A stretch of 64,000 nucleotides of DNA, from the NCBI GenBank assembly GCA_963712115.1, contig CAVQGX010000037.1:96001-160000 (forward strand). Direction: 5' to 3'. Positions 1-9,772 of the stretch are shown here, one piece after another. Below the pieces are notes generated by a model that was given only the letters and a program-made list of their open reading frames with translations, was not told where the DNA came from and made no database searches. Both the position numbers and the translations under genes were made by a program. Each line of letters starts with the position of its first letter. The first letter of the stretch is position 1. This stretch comes from an uncultured delta proteobacterium (GTDB lineage: Bacteria > Desulfobacterota > Syntrophobacteria > BM002).

Positions 1-579
1 AGAGGACTTCAAACAACAAAAAGGTACTGGCCCATTGCATTCATAGTACTTTCATCAAACTTGTTGCTGAGTGTTACAATCCAGGCCAAGACATTTTATG
101 TATCAGATACGACACTGACGGCTAATGTGCGGACTGGACCCAGCTTTGAAAACCGCATCATTGCAATGCTTCAATCTGGGACGAAGGTAACTCTGGTGAG
201 GGTAGAAGGCGGTTGGTCCGAAGTAGCCTTGGATGATGGACGCAGAGGCTGGATTCCTAAAAATTATCTATCCGATCGCCCTCCCTGGCGCGATACTGCT
301 CAGAAACTGGCATCTGAAAACCAGAGTCTTCAAACCCAAGTCGCCAGTCTTGAGCAAAGCCAACAAAGTCTATCGCACGAGAACAACAAACTGAGGACTG
401 AACTTCAGAACAGTTCGCAAAAGCTCGATCAACTGCAAAGAGCCAACAAAAATATGAAGACTTCTTACAATCTTCGCTGGTTTTTGGGTGGTGCAGGAGT
501 CTTATTGGCCGGTTGGATACTTGGTTTTTGGATGGGTCGCATGAGACGACGTTCATATTCAGAACGATATAGATTGTAG
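1..579 (+). CDS. SH3 domain protein (YgiM/TIGR04211-like), 5' end beyond window
   Basis: Frame is open back to base 1. SH3b-like NVRTGPS...GWSEV...GWIP, then a coiled coil and C-terminal TM (WFLGGAGVLLAGWILG) with basic tail. Confidence 0.85.
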   Translation, partial: RGLQTTKRYWPIAFIVLSSNLLLSVTIQAKTFYVSDTTLTANVRTGPSFENRIIAMLQSGTKVTLVRVEGGWSEVALDDGRRGWIPKNYLSDRPPWRDTAQKLASENQSLQTQVASLEQSQQSLSHENNKLRTELQNSSQKLDQLQRANKNMKTSYNLRWFLGGAGVLLAGWILGFWMGRMRRRSYSERYRL

Positions 580-826
580 GAACGTAATCAAAAGTTTATT
601 GATATCCTAAAATTTTCACGCTGCTTAACAGAGCACGTGTATTGCCATACAGAAACTTGATGATCTGGATGCCGCACTATATGTTCATCCAGTTCCTCGT
701 AAAGTGGGTTTTGTTCTTGCTTCCAGACCGCAAGGTTGACTTTCCGGCATTTCAGAATACTCTCCTATAAAGCACTGGCTGAGTGGATTGCAGCTTCTGT
801 AGCCTATAACAACCAACTGCAGACAG

Positions 827-1876
<1,050 letters not shown>

Positions 1877-2637
1877 TTAATGCAAAGAAACAAAATGCAA
1901 GCCGATAAATAGCTTGCAAGCCAATTGGTCAAGGGTGTCAACACGATAGTCTTTGGATGAAAATAACATGCCAGGTTGAGCAAATCTAAATTTCCTTAAT
2001 TTTTCATATTCTTAGCAAATTCATAAGCTTTGACTAAACCTAAAAGGATGATTGAAATCATCCAAAACGGTCAATCGGCTATGAAAAAGTGTACGCTTCG
2101 AGCTAGTCTAACTGTGTTTCGACAATTAGGTGAGACGCTTAAGGTTAAGCTCACCAGTATGACAAGTTCCAATGTGGCACGAATCGATTCAGCGAATTTG
2201 GCTTTCTGATGTTAAATGCGATCTCCTATTGACCTGGTCGGATATTTGCTTACTCGATCTTATTTCAAGTCACATCTTGTTTTGATATCTTGAATTTCAC
2301 TGATGTCCACATACTGGCAAGATATCTTTAATCCTTACCCGGAAGTATCTACGCGAGCATTTTGTGGTTTAATTTCTGTGCGGGGAAGTTTGGAAATAAA
2401 GAGCTTTGCTTGCCCCTTTACCTCTGGAGCCAGCCAATTAACCCCAAAAATGGTGGTTTTTCGTAGTTGCATAGATTGGCTAATTAGTTTATAGTTCTCA
2501 ACTTTAAATGTTCAGGTATTGTGTGGCTTTGTGCATCTTTTATTTAGCAAGTGTAATACTAGTCGTTACGTAGAAAGAATATACCTTAAAGCTACTAATT
2601 CAAATTGCAATCGAAAGGAAACCGAGGAGGGTGAGAA

Positions 2638-2925
2638 ATGTCCAAACCAAAGCAGAAAAAGAAGGCACAGAACAAAAGGATTACCTTCAAGCTGGAGGCA
2701 TCAGGAGCCAAAGAGGCCATCTTGGTAGGAGACTTTAACAGTTGGGATGCCAAGAAGCACATAATGAAAAGGGACAACAGAGGGAGGTGGAGCAAGATTG
2801 TCACTCTGTCCCCTGGAAGGTACGAGTATAAGTTTCTTGTAGATGGGGAATGGCAGACTGATCCCAGCAATGACCAAGTGGTCCCCAACTCCTTTGGTAG
2901 CCTCAATAATTTCTTGAATGTTTAA
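2638..2925 (+). CDS. Stand-alone glycogen-binding CBM48/AMPK-beta-like (isoamylase early-set) domain protein
   Basis: LVGDFNSW...M...GRW...LSPGRYEYKFLVDGEWQTDP...NSFGSLNN; GGAGG RBS upstream. Confidence 0.85.
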   Translation: MSKPKQKKKAQNKRITFKLEASGAKEAILVGDFNSWDAKKHIMKRDNRGRWSKIVTLSPGRYEYKFLVDGEWQTDPSNDQVVPNSFGSLNNFLNV

Positions 2926-2969
2926 ATAGCCACGTAGATTGTGGACTGAGCATGAGTTAAATTAAATGA

Positions 2970-3014
2970 CCCCTACTGGTCATTGTACCTCCGGTCAGTG
3001 GGGGCTTTTTTATT
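2970..3014 (+). terminator. Probable intrinsic terminator
   Basis: CCCCTACTGG...TCAGTGGGGG stem (with G-U pairs) followed by CTTTTTTATT, just after the CBM48 gene. Confidence 0.55.
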
Positions 3015-3118
3015 GCCAGTTCTCCCCTTATTCTTTTAATCTGATGGCAGCTAAGGACTTTCTAAAAAAGTATAAGAGAAACTCTCCGAGAAATAGTCCC
3101 TTATAGCGAGGGCTAAAG

Positions 3119-3718
3119 ATGGAAAAAGAGGTCCGCCAATATCGAAGAGTCAAAGTCAGTTGGCCTGTCACCATTCAGACCGAAGAAGGCACTATTGAAC
3201 GGGCTACATACAACATAAGTCCCGATGGAGCCTTCATCCGTGGTTTGTCGCCCCTTGAGCTGCATGAAGTCGTTGATATGGTTATTAGTGGCCCTGACCA
3301 TTCCATAACGGTCAAAGCAAGAGTGGTCTGGACGAGTAGCCAAGTGCCCCCTAAAAAGGATATGCCACGTGGTGTGGGTGTCGAGTTCATCAATATTTCT
3401 GATGAGCACCGAGAAATAATCTCTTCTCTAGTTGCAGCGGAAGTAGAGTCCTCAGGCTCGGACGAAGATGAAAAGGAGCAGGTTTTAATAAGAGAACAGA
3501 GCTTAATAGAGGAGCGGCCAGTAGAGGACGAGAAAGAAAACATGAATAAACCTACTCTAGGGCCACCTAAGAGGTGTCCAGACGGTCACATGCATATTTC
3601 CTGGTCTACGGGCGATGACCATATTTTCTGTTGGGACTGCAACCGGAGATACCCACTACTTGCCTGTTTCAGACCACCAGAGCGAGACCTTTCTGACTCT
3701 GAGAAGTCCAATGACTAG
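3119..3718 (+). CDS. PilZ domain protein with acidic linker and C-terminal zinc-ribbon-like motif
   Basis: RQYRR (RxxxR) and NISPDG (D/NxSxxG), ARVVW...GVGVEF; C-terminal CPDGH...CWDC. Confidence 0.85.
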   Translation: MEKEVRQYRRVKVSWPVTIQTEEGTIERATYNISPDGAFIRGLSPLELHEVVDMVISGPDHSITVKARVVWTSSQVPPKKDMPRGVGVEFINISDEHREIISSLVAAEVESSGSDEDEKEQVLIREQSLIEERPVEDEKENMNKPTLGPPKRCPDGHMHISWSTGDDHIFCWDCNRRYPLLACFRPPERDLSDSEKSND

Positions 3719-3857
3719 CCTAGACCCTGACGAAATCAAACGAGTAAAAGTCCACCCTATCAAATGCCCCAGGTGCAAGCTCACGGTAATGGTCAAGCCA
3801 GACGATAAAGTGTGTCCTGCTTGTGGGGGTAATCTGCCGAAACCTGCAAAGCTTTGA
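3711..3857 (+). CDS. Small (48 aa) zinc-finger protein
   Basis: ATG overlaps end of the PilZ gene; CPRC...CPACG pairs. Confidence 0.6.
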   Translation: MTSLDPDEIKRVKVHPIKCPRCKLTVMVKPDDKVCPACGGNLPKPAKL

Positions 3858-4152
3858 AAGAAAACTATATTTTGTGCCAGATTGGAAACCAGGCGAGTGT
3901 GAATTAAGGGATGTTATCTCCAGTCCGCGACCCTTCAGTCGAATCGAGCATACAAACTCTCCCCGGTCCACATATGCTCTTCAGACCTTGAGCCGACCTC
4001 GACTCAAGGTATTGGAAAGGTATATGGAGTCCTTATTATCAGAGGATTCTTGCTATCTGTTTTTCATATCTTCACCAATGCAACCAATTATCTGAAGCTG
4101 GAAGTGCAGTTCCCTCCCAATATCGAACAATTTCAGACCAAATCAAAAATTA

Positions 4153-4213
4153 AGGGCTTAGCACTTATTGGCTAAGCTCTCAATATTATTGCAAGAAGTG
4201 GCGTCACCAAGGG
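4153..4213 (-). other. tRNA-Glu-like 3'-end fragment plus downstream hairpin (candidate att site)
   Basis: Minus strand reads CCCTTGGTGACGCCA (4213-4199), then the hairpin AGAGCTTAGC/GCTAAGCCCT and a T-rich run. No full cloverleaf. Confidence 0.5.
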
Positions 4214-4501
4214 TACTCTCTGTTTACCCGTGTTTTTTTCTATGTCTAAGAGAGCACAATGATTTTATAAAGTTTTATCCTGCAAAGAGACACCGGAGGC
4301 CATCGCTACTCTTGATAAAAAGGGGTTCAGTATAAGGGAAGGTGAGAGTGCCGTCCTCACAGTTGAATTCATCTTTTCTTACTGATTTACCCAATATTAA
4401 TAATATGTTATGAGAAACCAGCTAGAATTTACTCATTTTAGCTGATTTGATCTAGAAATCATGTAATTTCAAACAGTTGCCTCCATTTTTCACCTTTTCA
4501 A

Positions 4502-4525
4502 AAATCGTTACCAAATCGTTACCAA
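4502..4525. repeat. Tandem 11-bp direct repeat, integrase arm-site-like
   Basis: AAATCGTTACC x2 exact. Confidence 0.55.
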
Positions 4526-4794
4526 GGTTTTCCTTCGGGCTAGCTTCGTGACATTTTTTTAGGCTGAAAACATGCCACCATATCTGGTATAGCTCCCATT
4601 TGGCGTATTGATTGAAAGTCTTTTGCTACGTATCTTTACTCAACGACCCCACCAAAATGCCTTGATATCATGAACACATCTTCAGTATTTCATAAAATTC
4701 TGCCCATCACATAGACACAAAAAGCCATCGCTAGTCCTCGTGAGAGATGAACAGATTGTGAGAAGGAAGCGGGAAAGGCTTTTCAGGTTATAGG

Positions 4795-4856
4795 TGATGG
4801 GTGTTAACCTGTAACCAATGACCCATGACCTATAACCTATCAGCGGCGAAGACGCG
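4795..4856. repeat. Inverted array of ~7-mer repeats
   Basis: AGGTTATAGGTGATGGGT ... ACCCATGACCTATAACCT (1 mismatch), followed by GCGGCGAAGACGC. Confidence 0.7.
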
Positions 4857-5249
4857 ACTTATTTGTTCAAAATTAAACCACCAAACTTTTTGATATCACA
4901 TTAAACAAAGCATCAACAGTTTATTTACATTTTTTTAACAATTAATAAACAAAAAGTTCTTCCATAAGTAAAATCTACAATATATTGACAACTTTCTTAC
5001 AACTAAAAAACAAATAAATAACAACAAGATAAATAAAAAATGTTTCTATTGACAATTTTATTAGTTTCGACAAAATGTGTTCATCATTGAAGACATATAC
5101 ATACCAAGCAGGTGGTCTAATAATCTTTTTTGTTTGGTACTAAATAAGTCTTCAATCGTACTAATGTCAGCTGTTTCTGGTTAATTTGCTTAAGTTAACA
5201 GCTTATACTTCTAACTTTACTGTCGGTGACAGAGTGTAACTGAGTTGGC

Positions 5250-5598
5250 GGAGCTGTGTTCCAGCTACGCTGGAGCACGGGGCGGGAGGCCGCGCGAGAT
5301 GGGCGAGACGGGGGCAGAAGACAGAGCAGTCATTTGCCTTCGGCGTCATTAGGTCACTACGCTGCGCTGTCATTTGTTGTAAAAGGTAGAAGACAGAGGA
5401 CAGATGACAGCAGTTCAAGGTTCCAAGTTCCAAGTTCAAAGTTAGGACAAGTTATGGGCTGAAGTTCTCCATATAACGGATAACACCTTGTTCCGTTCAC
5501 CGTTTACGGCATTAACGACTTCAATGACTTCTGCGATCTGACGTGCTTTAGAGCTATGAGCCTTGGTGGTCTCAATATTCCCCCATTCCAATATTCCG
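5250..5598. repeat. Mosaic of several different short (7-9 bp) tandem repeats
   Basis: GTCATT units; AGAAGACAGAGGACAGATGACAG; GTTCAAGGTTCCAAGTTCCAAGTTCAAAGTT; ATAACGGATAAC; CCGTTCACCGTTTACG; AACGACTTCAATGACT; GAGCTATGAGC; TATTCCCCCATTCCAATATTCC. Confidence 0.7.
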
Positions 5599-5759
5599 AT
5601 TATCTTGCACGCCCATCTTTATCGTCTAAGATGAGATAGGTGATCCGTTTTTTTTGGCATTGGGTTTGCAAAAAGTAATCAAAGGGGTGAGTATGGAGCT
5701 TACCCTTATGGCCCGGGGTTCCCCTCTTGGCGGATGTGACGTCGATGGGGGTTTCTTTT

Positions 5760-6047
5760 TCATTGCCAACTAACCAAAATACCGTCTTTGAAAAAGAGAT
5801 ATCTCTCCTTTGAATATCCTTTATAAATCCAGACGATGAGGCACTCGTCCCGGTAACAATTTTCATCCACCGAGTCTGGGCTACCCCAAGCCTCCCTCAC
5901 TGTATTCATCGGAAGGCCAGGCCGTAGAAGCTCGTAGGTTCTGTTCTCAGACTGATCAGGACTCTCCCGAATCCGCTCGCCAGTTTTAGGCCCACAAGAA
6001 ACCAGTGAAATAATAGCCAAAAGTAGAATCAGGTTAGTAGGTTTCAT
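5760..6047 (-). CDS. Small lipoprotein, SmpA/BamE-like fold
   Basis: MKPTNLILLLAIISLVSC lipobox; LRPGL..VREAWGSPD...WIY...LFFKDGILVSWQ. Confidence 0.7.
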   Translation of the reverse strand: MKPTNLILLLAIISLVSCGPKTGERIRESPDQSENRTYELLRPGLPMNTVREAWGSPDSVDENCYRDECLIVWIYKGYSKERYLFFKDGILVSWQ

Positions 6048-6351
6048 CACACAGACTGCTCTCTGAGAAGCCGCCAAAGAAGATACAACTGACACCAGTT
6101 GGATTTGATCTGCCACATAGTCTCGCGCAACCATACTACTTGTTAGATAGTTCCTATGTCAACATCAGCATTTCTGGAAATCAACATTTCTGGACCCCCA
6201 AGTCTAATACCTTAGTATGATATTATTTTCCAATAGTGGAAGTTTTTTTCCTAAAGTGTGGCTTGGATTTCTCAATTTATAAGAAGTGATTCCAGGGGCA
6301 ATATAGGGTAACTGCTTGAGTATACAAGATAAATACTTTGATCAGATAACC

Positions 6352-6367
6352 TGGCACAGTCTTTGAT
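6352..6367 (+). promoter_or_regulatory. Sigma-54-like -24/-12 element
   Basis: TGGCACA-GTCT-TTGAT has correct spacing but GA instead of GC at -12; about 180 bp upstream of the LuxR gene. Confidence 0.4.
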
Positions 6368-6547
6368 ATAGACGATATATCATTCTTTGGTCTAGCACTC
6401 AGACCGAACTACAGCGATAACCAAGACAATTAAGCTTTTCGTGCGATTTCACTGACAAGGTAATTCAAAAGGAACGTAACCTTTGGCACAAAACAGACTA
6501 ACCAAATCTTAAGCGAATTTCTTAGCTAGAACTGCGGGTTCTGGGTC

Positions 6548-7234
6548 ATGATAGCAAGAGTAGACGAAGAGAGTATAGACTCCCAAGTGTTTGACATAAA
6601 AAGGATCTATATTGTCGGTCCCTGGCGAGTGCATAACGAGCTTCTCTCGTCTTTTCTGGAGGAGAGGATCGGAGCAGAATGCCTGATAGTTGAGACTATC
6701 AGGGACCTTCCAGTCTCCACCGGTGAAAGTGGGTATTCTCCAAGGCTAGTGCTTTTAGATTGTCTGGGTAAAGATCCGGTAAGCCTTTGGGAAGAATTTG
6801 AAGCGGAAACTAATGCGATTTTCTCTCGTGACTACGTGGTGCTTTTCAATGTAAGTCCTGGCATGGGATTTGAGGACAAAGCCTTAATGCAGGGAGCACG
6901 CGGGTTTTTCTATGTCCAGGACAACATCGAACAATTTGAGAGAGGTATTCTAGCTATTTATGCAGGAGAACTGTGGGTTTCACGAAAAATCATGACCGAT
7001 TATATTTTGGAACATAGGCAACCACTTCTGCCATTCGAAAGGAACGGTACAGGCATTACCAAGAGAGAATCGGAGATTCTGGGCACAATCGCTGAGGGTG
7101 CTACCAATGAAGAGATCGCCGAAAAATTCTTCATCAGTCCACATACAGTCAAGAGCCACCTTTACAATATCTACAAAAAAGTCGGAGTGTCAAATCGACT
7201 GCAAGCGGCCCTCTGGGCCAGGAGAAACCTTTAG
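6548..7234 (+). CDS. CsgD/VpsT-like LuxR-family transcription regulator
   Basis: Atypical REC domain, ELWVSRK motif, C-terminal HTH ITKRESEIL...GATNEEIA...ISPHTVKSHLYNIYKKVGVSNRLQAALWA. Confidence 0.9.
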   Translation: MIARVDEESIDSQVFDIKRIYIVGPWRVHNELLSSFLEERIGAECLIVETIRDLPVSTGESGYSPRLVLLDCLGKDPVSLWEEFEAETNAIFSRDYVVLFNVSPGMGFEDKALMQGARGFFYVQDNIEQFERGILAIYAGELWVSRKIMTDYILEHRQPLLPFERNGTGITKRESEILGTIAEGATNEEIAEKFFISPHTVKSHLYNIYKKVGVSNRLQAALWARRNL

Positions 7235-7334
7235 CAACTAGTAAAAAAGTATTAGATGGTAGATATGCTCTTAGTGCCACTTTTTGAATAAGTTCAACTT
7301 TAAAAAGTCCCCACTATTGAAAAAGTGGGATTTA

Positions 7335-7500
7335 GAGGCTGTCCAACGGACTGACTTTCCCTTTCCCGGCGGGAGGGGAAAAGAGGGGAATACTTCCCAA
7401 CAGTAACCCTGTTGCAATCCAGGCTTCGCAGGGTTGGCAGGCGAGATTCGACAGGGCGAATCCTCCCCGTCTCCGCCTGAGAGCGGGATCTTCGACAAGG
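7335..7500. repeat. REP-like GC-rich palindromic element
   Basis: CCCTTTCCCGGCGGGAGGGG.AAGAGGGG, GATTCG..AGGGCGAATC and CCGCCTGAGAGCGG hairpins. Confidence 0.5.
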
Positions 7501-7736
7501 GAAAGAATAATGATGTTTCCGTAGTTAAGCAAGCTAACTAGAAGAAACTACGTCACTTACAAACAAATTGGCAGCGGGTACTCCCACTGTTAGTTGCCGC
7601 AAAACAACAATACCTTTTCCTTAAATTATCCCAGGTGACCTCAAACCTGAACGGGCGGAGCCTACCCTGAAAACCCATACGGGCTAGACTTCATTAACCC
7701 TCAAGCAAGCAACGACCTGGATCGGAAAGACGGACA

Positions 7737-9152
7737 TTGAAATCTAGATTGTCTGGTAAGCTGCGAACTGCTGAGAATTCGCCAGGATTGCTGATCAACC
7801 CATCCGTTTTGCAACGAGTGTGCAGGGTAATGATCGAGACTTTGCTCGTTTGTTTGCCAAACGCCACGGGAAGTGCGATCTACAGCATCGGTCCTTTACC
7901 ACATCTCAGCCTCAAGCTTGTTAGTTCGGCCAGAAGATATGGACAGACTGACAAGATCCTTTGGGATGAGATCAATAAGTCTTCTAATAATTTTGCCGTC
8001 AAAAAGTGGGAGGATTATCGTGATCACAAGGGTGGCATTCTGGGAGGATTGGCATGGTGCGTAGAAAACCAAATTAGTTGGACCGTTGATCATGCGGTGT
8101 CTAAGAGGCATAATATGAATGATTTGCCTGAAAAGAATGGTTTTGATGGTTTCTATCATCTGGAGCCGATCTTGATTAAGAAGGCCGAACTAGGGCAACG
8201 GGAGGTTTCACTGCCTAATCATCCAAAGAATAGCCAAGGAAAGACAATATGGCAGAAAAGTTCCAACGCAACGGTTGGAGTTATAAAGACAGATTTTCTC
8301 CCAGGAACTATAGCTCCGGGAGATAGATCCGCTCGAGTTATAAAAATGCTGTCTGGGTTTTTCGGCATTCAGATGCTTTCTTTGCATGCGATTCAAACCA
8401 CAGTCGAGAAGTCAAAGCACATTCAAAAAGAGCGGCAAAAGGTGTGCAATAAGCTTTCTCATGATTTCAGAGCCATATTGGCAAGATTGGGACTCCTCTA
8501 TCGAATCATAGATTTCGAAATCAGCAACTTGCGCGAGTCATGGGAGACCTTGTTTCATCACTGTTATCCAGAGAAGCCGTACAAACGACCTATGATTAGG
8601 GAACTGGATCGGCTGCTGCAAGAGATAGAACTAAAGTATGAAGTGCGAGGTGATTGCGATGATGTGACCAGGTTGAAACACTATCAGAAACTTTTGTTGG
8701 AATACTATTTTCTACCAAAACAAAACAAGATCTGGTTACGCCACAAAATAAGGCCTTTGTGGGCTTCAGTTGCATCAGAGTTCGATTTATCTCCTCCATT
8801 GAAAAACCAAGTTGAAGATCTATTGGAAGGATTAGAAGAATCGTTTGGTGTATTTTTGGAGGAAAAAGCCATAGCAAGGATTGATCTGGTTCCGGAATCA
8901 GTGAAGAAAAACTGGCTTCGGCTAGCGTACTCAGAGTTGGATTGGAATGACAAGACGGTCTTCGAAGAATACATTGACCTCCTCGACAGTTTGAGCGTAG
9001 AGTTAGATCACAGAAGACACTCATCGAGAAATCTGGTCTATTTGAAAAATCTAGTTGAATTAATGCCGGAAATAGAGCAAAAGCTTGGTAGGAATTTGGT
9101 ATATTTACAGAGGGACATCGATGCACTTGAGGTTAGTCCAGTTTCAGTTTGA
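7737..9152 (+). CDS. Hypothetical protein, 471 aa (GAF-like N-terminus? HisKA-like helix)
   Basis: Long clean ORF; KLSHDFRAILARL resembles an H-box; no HATPase G-boxes seen. Confidence 0.7.
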   Translation: MKSRLSGKLRTAENSPGLLINPSVLQRVCRVMIETLLVCLPNATGSAIYSIGPLPHLSLKLVSSARRYGQTDKILWDEINKSSNNFAVKKWEDYRDHKGGILGGLAWCVENQISWTVDHAVSKRHNMNDLPEKNGFDGFYHLEPILIKKAELGQREVSLPNHPKNSQGKTIWQKSSNATVGVIKTDFLPGTIAPGDRSARVIKMLSGFFGIQMLSLHAIQTTVEKSKHIQKERQKVCNKLSHDFRAILARLGLLYRIIDFEISNLRESWETLFHHCYPEKPYKRPMIRELDRLLQEIELKYEVRGDCDDVTRLKHYQKLLLEYYFLPKQNKIWLRHKIRPLWASVASEFDLSPPLKNQVEDLLEGLEESFGVFLEEKAIARIDLVPESVKKNWLRLAYSELDWNDKTVFEEYIDLLDSLSVELDHRRHSSRNLVYLKNLVELMPEIEQKLGRNLVYLQRDIDALEVSPVSV

Positions 9153-9177
9153 ATAGGGCTAAAGGGGAGGATTTGTA

Positions 9178-9762
9178 ATGCGGAAAGTTGTCTTTATAAT
9201 ATTTTTTCTCATGATCTTCATCAGCGCACGTGCGGATCTTTCTTCGGCTGCAGAAAAGACGACCCACATCTCCCCCGGGCCTACATTCTATCTTGGACCT
9301 GCAGACGTACTCGAAATATCGGTTTGGAAAGATGAAGCTCTCACCAAGCAGGTAGTTGTGAGGCCGGATGGAATGATATCTTTTCCCCTCATTGGGCAGA
9401 TACCTGCAGCGGGACGTACGGTGGAAGAACTTCAGACAGACATTCAGAGAAGAATTAGTAAATACGTACCGGACGCTCCAGTGACAGTGCTGGTGGCAGA
9501 GATAGGCAGTCCAAAAATCTATGTTGTGGGCAAGGTCAACAAGCCAGGAGTATACATTATGGGACATTACCTCAGGGTCATGCAGGCACTAGCCATGGCC
9601 GGAGGTACAACCACCTTTGCCGATAGGGACGATATAATGATTATTAGAGAGGAACAGAACAGGCAAATCATTATGAAGTTTAATTATGATAGGGTGGCTA
9701 GTGGTATGGACCTGCACAAGAATATCACCTTGAAGCCTGGAGATACAATTGTTGTTCCTTAA
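9178..9762 (+). CDS. wza: Polysaccharide export protein, short OPX (Poly_export + one SLBB)
   Basis: YLGPADVLEISVW...VRPDGMISFPLIG...AAGRT; YVVGKVNKPG; LKPGDTIVVP end; no lipobox or C-terminal helix. Confidence 0.9.
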   Translation: MRKVVFIIFFLMIFISARADLSSAAEKTTHISPGPTFYLGPADVLEISVWKDEALTKQVVVRPDGMISFPLIGQIPAAGRTVEELQTDIQRRISKYVPDAPVTVLVAEIGSPKIYVVGKVNKPGVYIMGHYLRVMQALAMAGGTTTFADRDDIMIIREEQNRQIIMKFNYDRVASGMDLHKNITLKPGDTIVVP

Positions 9763-9772
9763 GGTTCTGGAC

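Noticed and set aside
1957-1973. Sigma-54-like site upstream of mreB (TGGCATG-TTAT-TTTCA, minus strand)
   Set aside because: The -12 element lacks the conserved G; too weak.
4530-4720. Possible integrase C-terminal remnant next to the arm-like repeats
   Set aside because: No recognisable HxxR or catalytic Tyr context in any frame.
6140-7730. c-di-GMP riboswitch in the regulator or operon leaders
   Set aside because: No GEMM-I or class II consensus recognisable by eye; an Rfam scan would be needed.
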